The notes: generated by a model from the letters alone, not told the origin. Positions 1 through 7,710 are shown, counted from the first letter of the stretch. The stretch is DNA of 39,413 nt from a virus (IMGVR_UViG_3300044568_001191:1-39413), one strand, 5' to 3'. Translations and numbers: made by a program.

Positions 1-127
1 CCGATTCGGGTGGCATTTCCATGAAGCGGTCGCGGAGCGTTTCAAGGTAAGTCTCTCGCTTGTAGGTCATCTTGGATTCCATTTTGGAGCGGAGTTCTTC
101 CACTCTCTTAGTGATATCAACATTTTT
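1..127. repeat. Terminal direct repeat (circular assembly overlap), left copy
   Basis: 1-127 is identical to 39287-39413 and the terS frame continues across the junction. 127 is a common assembler k-mer length. Confidence 0.95.
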
Positions 128-253
128 CAACAATCGCTCACCTCCTTGTCCTGCTCCATTTTCGGAGTAGCCGGCACGGATATAGGCTTGCGTGATTGAA
201 AGCCCGCTCGCATAGGCTTGGCAGAATGCTTCTTGTTTGGGGTTGATCTTCAT
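1..253 (-). CDS. terS: Terminase small subunit, 5' part (continues at 39286..39171)
   Basis: ATG at 253 gives MKINPKQEAFCQAYASGLSITQAYIRAGYSENGAGQGGERLLKNVDI, the typical TerS N-terminal HTH. It lies directly upstream of terL on the circle. Confidence 0.9.
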   Translation of the reverse strand, partial: MKINPKQEAFCQAYASGLSITQAYIRAGYSENGAGQGGERLLKNVDITKRVEELRSKMESKMTYKRETYLETLRDRFMEMPPES

Positions 254-261
254 AAGCGTTC

Positions 262-276
262 GGTATCAGTCAAAAC
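262..276 (-). promoter_or_regulatory. Conserved 15-bp box GTTTTGACTGATACC, copy 1
   Basis: Exact copy, 8 nt before the terS ATG. It contains the TGA stop of the RusA-like ORF. Confidence 0.75.
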
Positions 277-685
277 GAGTCTTGACAAGATTCGTCTTCC
301 CCCTTTTATAATCCCCACTGCTGCGCGTTATTTGGATGGTCGTTTTTTCTTCGGCCTTCGTTTTGCACTTGGCTTGGCGGAACGTGATTTCGATGGTTTC
401 CGGGTCGTCGTCTTCGATGAGCTTTGCGTAGCGGAGTTGGTCGATGAGAGGCTTGCAACCGCCTGCATAATTGTCGGCATCGAGGAGTCGCACGGCATGC
501 CTCGTAATGATGAGAGCAGTGCGAGGCGGGCGCGTTTCTTTTCCTTTTGGAGGAGGGTCCAGTGTTGGCCGAGCAGGCGGTTGAGGCTTGGGGTTGTGTA
601 TCCCGGCAGTTGTAGAGTGAGAGTAGCTTCCATCGGGGTTAGGTCGGTATCCGAGCTTTTCGAGTTGGTCATGTGTCCAGTTCAT
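266..685 (-). CDS. rusA: RusA-like Holliday junction resolvase, catalytic (C-terminal) frame
   Basis: RLLDADNYAGGCKPLIDQLRYAKLIEDDD matches the RusA DxDN...K...D...DD signature. The ATG at 685 overlaps the upstream stop (ATGA). Confidence 0.7.
   Translation of the reverse strand: MNWTHDQLEKLGYRPNPDGSYSHSTTAGIHNPKPQPPARPTLDPPPKGKETRPPRTALIITRHAVRLLDADNYAGGCKPLIDQLRYAKLIEDDDPETIEITFRQAKCKTKAEEKTTIQITRSSGDYKRGKTNLVKTRFD
328..672 (-). CDS. Overlapping alternative-frame ORF carrying a RusA N-terminal-like segment
   Basis: LTLQLPGYTTPSLNRLLGQHWTLLQKEKK resembles the RusA N-terminal 'LP..PSLN....HW' motif. Possible starts at 672 or 633. Confidence 0.5.
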   Translation of the reverse strand: MTNSKSSDTDLTPMEATLTLQLPGYTTPSLNRLLGQHWTLLQKEKKRARLALLSSLRGMPCDSSMPTIMQAVASLSSTNSATQSSSKTTTRKPSKSRSAKPSAKRRPKKKRPSK

Positions 686-1095
686 TGGGTATCGTCCTCG
701 ATGCAATCTGAGAGTTGAGACAGGCAGAACGCATCCTTTTTAATCAAATCGAGGATTGCTTTGAGCAACCTCACTTCCTCCCGCGCCTCGTCGCGCTCTT
801 TGTTTGCTTCGCGCACCTTGCCTTGAGCGATAACCATTTGATCAGTGGCTATTACAAAGGCCTCCCGCGCCTCGTCGCGCTCGCGTTCCAGTTTGCGAGC
901 GTGGAACATCATCAAACCATATCCAAGTGCATTACAATCGTTTGATTGATTTACAAAATCCGTCTCTGGCGTATCTCCCATTTTGTATCCCAACAAGCGC
1001 CGTGCCTCGTTACGTTCGCGTTCCAGTTGCTGAGCCCACTCGGTGGGCACGACATGGTTGCCCCGAGCGATGTCATCTGTTTGTGGTGTATTCAT
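682..1095 (-). CDS. Hypothetical coiled-coil protein with TPxTD / LERERDEAR repeats
   Basis: Repeated TPQTD/TPETD and (L)ERER(D/N)EAR units. Fits the operon spacing. Confidence 0.7.
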   Translation of the reverse strand: MNTPQTDDIARGNHVVPTEWAQQLERERNEARRLLGYKMGDTPETDFVNQSNDCNALGYGLMMFHARKLERERDEAREAFVIATDQMVIAQGKVREANKERDEAREEVRLLKAILDLIKKDAFCLSQLSDCIEDDTQ

Positions 1096-1099
1096 ATAT

Positions 1100-1303
1100 T
1101 TAAAACATGGGGCCATTTCGGCGCATGGCTTCGATTTTGCGGCGTTCTGGCGTGGCTTGCCAGAAGCGTTTGGAAGCGGCGTCGATCTCGCCTTCGAGGA
1201 GCGCCCACCACCGGTCGAGGCGGTCGGAGCCGCAGGATTCTGTTCCTGCGGCCCCTTGGCAGACGATTTCCCTGTTTCCTTTAGAACGAGATTTCTTCTT
1301 CAT
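1100..1303 (-). CDS. Small hypothetical protein
   Basis: ORF fills the gap between the SSB-like gene and the 682-1095 gene. Start is uncertain (ATG at 1303). Confidence 0.4.
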   Translation of the reverse strand: MKKKSRSKGNREIVCQGAAGTESCGSDRLDRWWALLEGEIDAASKRFWQATPERRKIEAMRRNGPMF

Positions 1304-1748
1304 TGCGGGCGATTTTGAGGCGTTCGTTGAGGTCGGCGATGCGGTCTGGAGCGAGGGTTTCCGCAGCACCTTCCAGCGGGTTGATCCACTTGATTTTGAA
1401 CCTGGCCTCGCCGTTGTATTCCTCGGCCTCAATGGTGAGGCGGCACTTCTGTCCGAGGAATGGGGACTTCCCAGAGGAGAGCGAGGCGATGTCCCACTCG
1501 CGGCCAAAAGCCTCATCGAGGGTCTTCGCCGTCCGTGTTGCCGCCTTCTCCGACAGCCATCCCTGCCAGACGATTTCGCGTCCATGCTGGTCGCTCGCCG
1601 GATCGTCAATGAGGAGCGGGAGACGGATGAAATCCGTGCCGGTCTTCGTCTTGCCGAGCCATCCGTTGCCGGGTTGCTTCACCTTGGCAATGAATTTGCC
1701 TGCCGAGGTGACGTATTTGGTTTGTTCTGCTAGTTCGTGTGTTGTCAT
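1281..1748 (-). CDS. Putative single-stranded DNA-binding protein (DUF669/OB-fold-like)
   Basis: Beta-rich pattern including GQKCRLTIEAEEYNGEARFKIKWIN and an acidic-aromatic C-terminus (EEEISF). Located in the replication arm. Confidence 0.6.
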   Translation of the reverse strand: MTTHELAEQTKYVTSAGKFIAKVKQPGNGWLGKTKTGTDFIRLPLLIDDPASDQHGREIVWQGWLSEKAATRTAKTLDEAFGREWDIASLSSGKSPFLGQKCRLTIEAEEYNGEARFKIKWINPLEGAAETLAPDRIADLNERLKIARNEEEISF

Positions 1749-1777
1749 TTTGTTTGGTTGTTTATGTTGGGGAGATT

Positions 1778-1792
1778 GGTATCAGTCAAAAC
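1778..1792 (-). promoter_or_regulatory. Conserved 15-bp box, copy 2
   Basis: Exact copy in intergenic DNA, 29 nt before the ATG at 1748. Confidence 0.75.
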
Positions 1793-1800
1793 TTTGTAGT

Positions 1801-2439
1801 TTATAATGAAAATTGCAGTTGAGGGCGGCGATCTCCTCCGGTTGATTGCTTTAAATAGCGATGGAGTTCCTCCAAGCGTTCCTCTCCTCCGCGCATCCAC
1901 CCCGTGCCATCGCAGGATTCCACTCCAGCTTCATGGCAAATCCAGAGGAGACGCTCAGAATTCACCCGTCCCACATGGACGCGTGGGAAGTTGTTTGTCC
2001 AAGTGTGTAGGTGCTTCCACTTCCACTCGGTTGTGCCTCCCACAAAAATCACATCCGCTTCATCCGGAACATCGTTTGGGGTCATTCCATCTTGAACAGC
2101 AAATGCAAACTTTACCCCATGAAGGCATTCTCTCAATTGCGGCATCCACTCATGCCAACGAATAATTGTTGCCTCTCGATCAGCGACTACATCCGGAACA
2201 ACAACCCATAGAGGCTTGTGTGCGGATTTTGATTTCTCAATCAATTTGAGAAATGCGTTTGCATCCCACTCCCGATCATTTACGAAAGCGCCATATGCTC
2301 CATTGTCTAAAGCGTAGGACATCCAGCTTGGTGGAGTTCGCCACCCATCTGGAGATAGCAACCAACCGATGCGCCCTTGGAACTTACCGGCAAGATAACC
2401 GATCTGGATGCCAGAGTTGTTGGAAGGCATCACCATCAT
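1801..2439 (-). CDS. TGT/DpdA-like TIM-barrel protein (possible DNA base-modification enzyme)
   Basis: Motif series ALDNGAY, VVPDVVAD, AVQDG, FVGG, VHVGRVN, SCDG resembles tRNA-guanine transglycosylase/DpdA-like proteins. ATGA overlap with the upstream stop. Confidence 0.5.
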   Translation of the reverse strand: MMVMPSNNSGIQIGYLAGKFQGRIGWLLSPDGWRTPPSWMSYALDNGAYGAFVNDREWDANAFLKLIEKSKSAHKPLWVVVPDVVADREATIIRWHEWMPQLRECLHGVKFAFAVQDGMTPNDVPDEADVIFVGGTTEWKWKHLHTWTNNFPRVHVGRVNSERLLWICHEAGVESCDGTGWMRGGEERLEELHRYLKQSTGGDRRPQLQFSL

Positions 2440-3128
2440 GACACCACCTTCGTAAACTCCGATAACCGCCGGAGGATCGGCTCGCCACGGTCTGACGAGA
2501 GCATTTTGCGTAGGTCGCCCTTGACGGCGTTGGCCGTCCAAATGATGGGCAGTTCATGGGAGGATCGGTGTTCAAGGAGGTCGAAGAGTTCTAGCTCGCT
2601 GCGCTCGGTCATCTTCTGCTTGCCGAGGTCATCGAGGAGCAGCACCTTCGTCCGGCGGCAGCGGGTGAGCATGTCCTCGGCCAGCGACTTGGACTGGTGG
2701 TCGTCATGCCACTGGTCGGCGCAGGCTTTAGCGAAGGCCGTTGAGGTTATCCCGAAGACGCGAAGCCCGCTGAAATGCAGTCGCTTGAGCAGTATCCATG
2801 CCGCTCTGGTCTTACCGCAGCCCGCAGGCCCGATGAGTCCCATTCCAACTGGATTATACTGCCATGCCTCGCATTCGCGCAGGAAGGCGCTTGGGATGCG
2901 TCCGAGGTCGCTTTGGCGGTAGAGTGGTGGACATAGGGCATTGAATGCCTCCTGCCGCCTCTCCTGCTCTTCTGCGGCCTGCTCCTCGCGGAGCTTCTGG
3001 GAGTGCCGAGCGAGGCAATCCTCGCACAGCACCCGGAGGTTCGGGAAGTAGCGTGACACGTTCTCATCTGGTAGCGGGACCGACTCGAAACATTCCTCAG
3101 ACGCACAGGGTTGGTAGGTCATTACCAT
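2436..3128 (-). CDS. DnaC/IstB-like AAA+ helicase loader
   Basis: N-terminal Cys pairs, Walker A GPAGCGKT, Walker B LLLDDLG, and IIWTAN. Follows the initiator gene. Confidence 0.85.
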   Translation of the reverse strand: MVMTYQPCASEECFESVPLPDENVSRYFPNLRVLCEDCLARHSQKLREEQAAEEQERRQEAFNALCPPLYRQSDLGRIPSAFLRECEAWQYNPVGMGLIGPAGCGKTRAAWILLKRLHFSGLRVFGITSTAFAKACADQWHDDHQSKSLAEDMLTRCRRTKVLLLDDLGKQKMTERSELELFDLLEHRSSHELPIIWTANAVKGDLRKMLSSDRGEPILRRLSEFTKVVS

Positions 3129-3790
3129 TGCTCTACCTCCTCGACCTTGGCTGGGGCCAATGCCGGTTCCACCTTGTTGAGCCAGCCGATCACGAACATC
3201 CGGGTCTTCTTGCGTCCGGGGCGGGCGAGAAGCCACGCATCCATCTTGCGAGACTCGGCATCGACATCGACATTGGGGTAGTGCCGCTTCATCTCTGCCC
3301 AGAACTCCTCATCGAGAAGATAGGATTTTTTCGGAGCGCCTACTTCTTCTTTAGAAGAAGTATTAGTAATAGTAATAGAAGACTGAAGAGTTGCCTTTTT
3401 GTTGGTACTACCTTCCAACAACCCTTCAACTAAACTTGAACTACCCTTGCCGATTTTCCGCATTTCAGCGGACTTTCTGCCACCTTCGCGGCATTTTTCT
3501 GACCAAGCATCCTGTTTCTCCCTTTCCTTCTCTAGCCTGTCATGCACCAGCAAAGCAGGGTTGAAGGGGTGCGGTTGGAACATAGTTGCTAGGGTAGTTG
3601 CTAGGGTAGTTGAAGCACCCTTGCCTATGAGTCTCGCGATCATGTCGGGAGCCGAAGGGATCGACCCGTGTTGCCAGCATGATGCCAGCAACCTCAGATA
3701 TGCTCCCTCCTCCTCCAACGTGAGCAGAGAGACCCGCTGCGACCCTAGCCAGTCGCCGGGGTAGAATTGAAATGCTGGGCGCTTAGTCAT
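3122..3790 (-). CDS. Replication initiator (YdaU/DUF1376-like)
   Basis: PAFQFYPGDWLGSQRVSLLTLEEEGAYLRLLASCW N-terminus. Carries internal iteron-like repeats and precedes the DnaC-like gene. Confidence 0.8.
   Translation of the reverse strand: MTKRPAFQFYPGDWLGSQRVSLLTLEEEGAYLRLLASCWQHGSIPSAPDMIARLIGKGASTTLATTLATMFQPHPFNPALLVHDRLEKEREKQDAWSEKCREGGRKSAEMRKIGKGSSSLVEGLLEGSTNKKATLQSSITITNTSSKEEVGAPKKSYLLDEEFWAEMKRHYPNVDVDAESRKMDAWLLARPGRKKTRMFVIGWLNKVEPALAPAKVEEVEQW
3355..3612. repeat. Probable replication origin: iterons plus AT-rich tract inside the initiator gene
   Basis: TAGTTGCTAGGG x2.5 at 3583-3612. Four related 11-bp units (consensus CTACCCTTSAA) in the opposite orientation at 3408-3450. 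AT-rich run near 3355-3380. Confidence 0.65.
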
Positions 3791-4664
3791 TTGAGATTCC
3801 CTCCAAGAATTCTCCATGCTGTTGCAGCCACAAGCGGAACTTGTCCATTTCCAATGGCTTTAAGTCGCTTTGACCTATCGGCCACCCCATTAGCCACTCG
3901 ACCCAATCGGGATTCAGTTGACCAATCTGCGGGGTCTGATCGCCACCATAAGCAACTGCATTCGGTAACTGATCCATTCGTGATTTTCCGTCTTGCCTCG
4001 TCAGTGCCTCTGGTGTATTTGATCCCTTCCAGTCCCTCGCGCACGGAGTAGGCCAGAATTTCGGAGTAACCACTTGTTCCGCCAAGCCGCCCGGAACATC
4101 TTTTCTGCCTATGCTCTTTCGATATTCTTCCCTCTTTCCCCTCCGCGTTTCTGTTGGAGAAATGTTTAGGCAAGTTGGAGTGAGCCAGTATCCAGATTCT
4201 TTCTCTTTTGTGAGGAGCGGAAACGTGATGCGCTCCCACAATCCCCCATTCCGCATCATACCCCATTTCGGAAAGGTCTCCAAGCACTCGCCCAAGTCCT
4301 CGAAGAGTAAGCATTGGGCTGTTCTCCATGAACGCGAATTTCGGTCGTATTTCGCCAATGATTCGGGCCATTTCTGACCAGAGTCCGCTTCGTTCTCCTT
4401 CAATTCCAGACCCCCCCCCTGCGATTGAAATGTCTTGGCAAGGGAATCCTCCGCAGACGACATCGACTTTCCCTCGCCACGGAGTTCCGTCGAAGGTGGT
4501 GACATCATTCCAGATTGGGAACTTTGGAAGGATTCCATCCCGCTGCCTTTGCAGCAGGACTTTCTGGCAATAAGGTTCAATCTCGACAGCACACACTGGG
4601 GTATGTCCGAGAAGGATGCCGCCGAGGATTCCTCCCCCTGCTCCAGCAAATAAGTGTAGCTCAT
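3783..4664 (-). CDS. Overlapping alternative-frame methyltransferase partner (TRD-like and motif IX-like)
   Basis: 293-aa ORF offset by 4 nt, with W(L/P)TP repeats and LNPDWVEWLMGWP (motif IX-like). Its ATG overlaps the upstream gene's TGA. Confidence 0.7.
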   Translation of the reverse strand: MSYTYLLEQGEESSAASFSDIPQCVLSRLNLIARKSCCKGSGMESFQSSQSGMMSPPSTELRGEGKSMSSAEDSLAKTFQSQGGGLELKENEADSGQKWPESLAKYDRNSRSWRTAQCLLFEDLGECLETFPKWGMMRNGGLWERITFPLLTKEKESGYWLTPTCLNISPTETRRGKREEYRKSIGRKDVPGGLAEQVVTPKFWPTPCARDWKGSNTPEALTRQDGKSRMDQLPNAVAYGGDQTPQIGQLNPDWVEWLMGWPIGQSDLKPLEMDKFRLWLQQHGEFLEGISND

Positions 4665-4668
4665 TCAC
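3787..4668 (-). CDS. DNA (cytosine-5) methyltransferase, main frame
   Basis: Motif I LFAGAGG, IV GGFPCQ, VI ENSP, VIII HKRERIWI, X RLKAIGNGQV. Confidence 0.92.
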   Translation of the reverse strand: MNELHLFAGAGGGILGGILLGHTPVCAVEIEPYCQKVLLQRQRDGILPKFPIWNDVTTFDGTPWRGKVDVVCGGFPCQDISIAGGGSGIEGERSGLWSEMARIIGEIRPKFAFMENSPMLTLRGLGRVLGDLSEMGYDAEWGIVGAHHVSAPHKRERIWILAHSNLPKHFSNRNAEGKEGRISKEHRQKRCSGRLGGTSGYSEILAYSVREGLEGIKYTRGTDEARRKITNGSVTECSCLWWRSDPADWSTESRLGRVANGVADRSKRLKAIGNGQVPLVAATAWRILGGNLK

Positions 4669-4906
4669 ATGCCCCCCCTGCCAGCGAATACTCCGCGACC
4701 CGCTTGCCCGTAGGTGTCACAACTTTCTTCTCGGTGATCGGCCAACCCGCCTTGCGAAGCTCGCAGACGCGAGCCGCCAGCCGGAAGCAACCAAAGAGGT
4801 TCAGCGCATCAATCGCCGTCACCCGGTGACCACCGCGCAGGTAGCCCAGTATCTGGTTCGCCTGCGTAGGGCGGGAGTGACCGAATTCTAGTTCTGGCTG
4901 GGTCAT
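4661..4906 (-). CDS. Winged helix-turn-helix DNA-binding protein
   Basis: TQANQILGYLRGGHRVTAIDALNLFGCFRLAARVCELRKAGWPI is a typical small phage wHTH. Confidence 0.8.
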   Translation of the reverse strand: MTQPELEFGHSRPTQANQILGYLRGGHRVTAIDALNLFGCFRLAARVCELRKAGWPITEKKVVTPTGKRVAEYSLAGGACE

Positions 4907-5199
4907 ATTACGCCTCCCACTCTTTTAAGCGCCCGATCTTTCGAGTAGCCTACCGCCACCAGAGCATCCACGATTTCCTCGTTCGTCGGGGTGCTGCCGC
5001 CGTACTCTTTGACGGCGCGATTGAAGACCCCGAATCCACGCTTCATGGCAAAATCCATGGTATGGAGCGACACGAAATCCCACCACACGATCCGCCTAGC
5101 AGCAGACTGCACATGCTCTGGGACGACTGAGAACGACTCCACCCACGCCTGCCCATCGCGACCACGCAACTCCTCCTCTTCTGGCCAGAGTGATCTCAT
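4903..5199 (-). CDS. Hypothetical protein
   Basis: 98-aa ORF with 4-nt start/stop overlaps on both sides. Confidence 0.7.
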   Translation of the reverse strand: MRSLWPEEEELRGRDGQAWVESFSVVPEHVQSAARRIVWWDFVSLHTMDFAMKRGFGVFNRAVKEYGGSTPTNEEIVDALVAVGYSKDRALKRVGGVI

Positions 5200-6227
5200 T
5201 TCAGCGCCCTCGCTTTCTTGTCCTCGACGAGTTTGACTATGTCGGCCTTGCGTTGCGCGTTCTCCTCGCGAACCGGCATTCGCATCTTTTCATGCCATTC
5301 GCGGAATGCCTTGCCACCCATGTCACCGCCCATCGCCGCGACCAGATCATCGAGTCCGCTCTTGCCTGCCACCGCTGCCGACACGATTGCGATCCTGTCG
5401 AAAAACTCGCTGCCGGTCTGGTGCTGTAGCTTCCATCCGGGTAGCGACCCGCCATCGAGCAGGAGTTGCTTTGCCGCATCCTTCAGTGGCTTGAGAAACT
5501 CCTTCTCCCAAATTTGAAAATCTTTTAGAATTCGTGCTGCGCGATCTGGATTGCCCAAGACCTCATTCAGCACCTCGGCCAGAGATGTCGCTGTTTTTGG
5601 GTACTCCACCACCGCCAGCGTCCGCACCACCGGATCGACCATCTGTTGGCATGTGTTCTTCTTCACGCACCATGAGCAGTACTCATTCGCGCAAGGCAGT
5701 CGGTTCGGATCGTTCGCTTTATCCACGATCCCCTTAACCCATTGCTCGGCCTCATCGTAGGTGTAGCGGTAGTGAACCACCTCCTGCTGGTCACAGAACA
5801 AAAGGACGCACTCCCACTCATTCACGAATTCCCGCGCCATGTTGCCCAAGGCGTATGCCGCCTGCTGCTTATGATACGTTCGTGGCTGGCCCGACTTTAG
5901 GTCCATGCTCAAACAAAGCGCCTCGACCCGCGCATCCTCGGTTCCAACATGGGAGAGGTGCGGGGTAACAACTTTGAGTTGCGACTCGTCGGAGATGATC
6001 GGATGCCCCTGCGCCAAATCCTTGGCAGTCGTGACCGCCCACATGACCGAGTCCTGCTCCAAGTCGGAGAGCGCCAAGAATGGCTGGCGCTCGCCCATGA
6101 GCAGGCCACGGAAGGCCAAATCCATCCGAGTCCCGCGCTCTGCCGCAGGGCCAGAGACGGGGTTGGATTCAAAACAAGGACACAGGTCGAGCTTGTCGAG
6201 AGCGGAGTGTCGGATCGTCGCGCTCAT
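5196..6227 (-). CDS. Cas4-like PD-(D/E)XK exonuclease (DUF2800-like)
   Basis: N-terminal CP, AAERGT, GTED...DLKSG, QxxxYALG and CSWC....C (Fe-S Cys set). Adjacent to the RecT-like gene. Confidence 0.8.
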   Translation of the reverse strand: MSATIRHSALDKLDLCPCFESNPVSGPAAERGTRMDLAFRGLLMGERQPFLALSDLEQDSVMWAVTTAKDLAQGHPIISDESQLKVVTPHLSHVGTEDARVEALCLSMDLKSGQPRTYHKQQAAYALGNMAREFVNEWECVLLFCDQQEVVHYRYTYDEAEQWVKGIVDKANDPNRLPCANEYCSWCVKKNTCQQMVDPVVRTLAVVEYPKTATSLAEVLNEVLGNPDRAARILKDFQIWEKEFLKPLKDAAKQLLLDGGSLPGWKLQHQTGSEFFDRIAIVSAAVAGKSGLDDLVAAMGGDMGGKAFREWHEKMRMPVREENAQRKADIVKLVEDKKARALK

Positions 6228-7036
6228 TATGCTACCTCCTTTAGTACGGCTGCGAGGAAGCGTGGCGTGTTGGACAAAACGCGGTTGCGGTAGCCCTCGT
6301 CCGTCATGTCACGGAATGTCTGCCCCTCGGCGATCTGCCCCTTGGCCAGCAGGAACGCATTCACCTTCGCCTCATGCTCGAAAATGCCCTTCTCCAAGTC
6401 GTCTGCCCATGAGGTATCATTTGATACCACCTCGGCCTCGATGACAGGTGTCGCAGGAACTGCAACAGGCTCGACCACCACCACCGGCGCTTCGATGACC
6501 TGCTCGGCCTTCACCGAGCGTGGCGTTGTTCTAGGCGCATCAAACTCCTGCACCTCTTCCGGGGTGTACATCCCGTTGAGTACCGCAGGGAATGTCGCAC
6601 GGACCCCCTCGCTGATGACCCGCGCCCGCAGCATTTGCCGTGGATACGAGCGCCAGTTGTCCTTGCCTCCCAGCCCCGCCGCCTTGGCCCTCGGCATGTC
6701 CCAGTCGATGCGGAGCGATCCGCCCGCAGGGTGGCTGAATGTTGCCGCCACCTTCTCGTTGGTATGGTCGTGCCACTCCACCCGCCCGCCGCTCTGCTGG
6801 AATCTCGCCAGCATCGAATCCGACTTCAGCGATGCGCGGCCTTGGATGATATGGTAGTCGCTCGCCACCGATCCCGGATGACGACCTTCGGCGGTCGCCA
6901 CGATCATCAAGGCGAGTGCTTGATCCGCTGTCTTCATTCCGAAGAGACCGCTTTTCACGATGGCGTTGGCCATCACCTGCATGTCGCCGAGAGCGACTTG
7001 TGTGTTGACTTGTTGTGTCAGTTGTGTATTACTCAT
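6227..7036 (-). CDS. recT: RecT/Red-beta-like single-strand annealing protein
   Basis: HIIQGR, AKAAGL..KDNWRSYPRQMLRARVISEGVRATFP, GMYTPEE. Confidence 0.8.
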   Translation of the reverse strand: MSNTQLTQQVNTQVALGDMQVMANAIVKSGLFGMKTADQALALMIVATAEGRHPGSVASDYHIIQGRASLKSDSMLARFQQSGGRVEWHDHTNEKVAATFSHPAGGSLRIDWDMPRAKAAGLGGKDNWRSYPRQMLRARVISEGVRATFPAVLNGMYTPEEVQEFDAPRTTPRSVKAEQVIEAPVVVVEPVAVPATPVIEAEVVSNDTSWADDLEKGIFEHEAKVNAFLLAKGQIAEGQTFRDMTDEGYRNRVLSNTPRFLAAVLKEVA

Positions 7037-7119
7037 GTTGTTATTACTGCTTTTCTTGTGGTTTAACTTGCCCCGTTGGATTGCCGTCCTTCGGGGCGCT
7101 TTTCTTGTGTTGAGGACGA

Positions 7120-7272
7120 TCAGTCCTCGAAATCTTCAAATTCTTGCCAGCGGCGTTTGCGCTCGGCGTGGCGCCGATACCTCGCGAGAATGTCTGCCTG
7201 TCCCAGCCTATAGCTGGCGTAGCAGGAACCAAGCGTGAGGACTGCGAGAGCGAGGCCAAACGTGGCGCTCAT
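7120..7272 (-). CDS. Small membrane-anchored protein (50 aa, not in ORF track)
   Basis: MSATFGLALAVLTLGSCYASYRLGQADILARYRRHAERKRRWQEFEDFED. ATGA overlap with the preceding ORF. Confidence 0.6.
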   Translation of the reverse strand: MSATFGLALAVLTLGSCYASYRLGQADILARYRRHAERKRRWQEFEDFED

Positions 7273-7379
7273 TTCGACACCCTCCATGCGACCGCGACCA
7301 ATGCCAGTGCCGGGCCAACGGCAAAAAGGAAATCAAGGAAGTAGCCGATGCTGCGGCAGACGTAGGCGGGGTCGCTCAC
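7269..7379 (-). CDS. Small hydrophobic protein (36 aa, not in ORF track)
   Basis: GTG start overlaps the xis stop (GTGA). Sequence MSDPAYVCRSIGYFLDFLFAVGPALALVAVAWRVSK has one predicted TM helix. Confidence 0.55.
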   Translation of the reverse strand: MSDPAYVCRSIGYFLDFLFAVGPALALVAVAWRVSK

Positions 7380-7570
7380 TTAGCCCTCCTGTTCGTGGTC
7401 GCCCGGCGCTTCGCCATCCACCATTGTTCCAAGGAGGGTTTGAGGATCGACCATCCACCGCGATTGCCACGGGGTTTCTCAGCCGTGAAATCTCCATTGC
7501 GGCAAAACACACGGATCGTGAATTCAGAGTAGCCCGTGTACTGCGCGGCATCTGTGACGCTGATCATCAT
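7376..7570 (-). CDS. xis: Excisionase-like HTH protein
   Basis: ISVTDAAQYTGYSEFTIRVFCRNG is a MerR/Xis-type HTH. Basic 64-aa protein near the integrase. Confidence 0.75.
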   Translation of the reverse strand: MMISVTDAAQYTGYSEFTIRVFCRNGDFTAEKPRGNRGGWSILKPSLEQWWMAKRRATTNRRAK

Positions 7571-7710
7571 TTTGATGCCCTCCGCTTCTCAGCGTTGAAT
7601 GCCGCCCTCACCGCCTTAGAGACCAACCGAGATAGAGGTATCCCCTCCACAGCAGACTTGGTTCTCAAGTACTCCATGAGTTCCGTTGGGAGACTCACAC
7701 TCGTTTTCAT
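7567..7710 (-). CDS. Ribbon-helix-helix regulator (Cro-position gene)
   Basis: MKTSVSLPTELMEYLRTKSAVEGIPLSRLVSKAV fits the CopG/Arc pattern. First gene of the leftward early operon. Start could be slightly further upstream. Confidence 0.75.
   Translation of the reverse strand: MKTSVSLPTELMEYLRTKSAVEGIPLSRLVSKAVRAAFNAEKRRASK

Noticed and set aside
1-127. 127-bp terminal repeat as a biological direct terminal repeat
   Set aside because: It cuts through the terS coding sequence and its length equals a common assembler k-mer, so it is most likely a circularisation overlap.
5196-6227. Cas4-like gene as part of a CRISPR-Cas system
   Set aside because: It is paired with a RecT-like gene as an ordinary phage recombination exonuclease, and there is no array or cas1/cas2.
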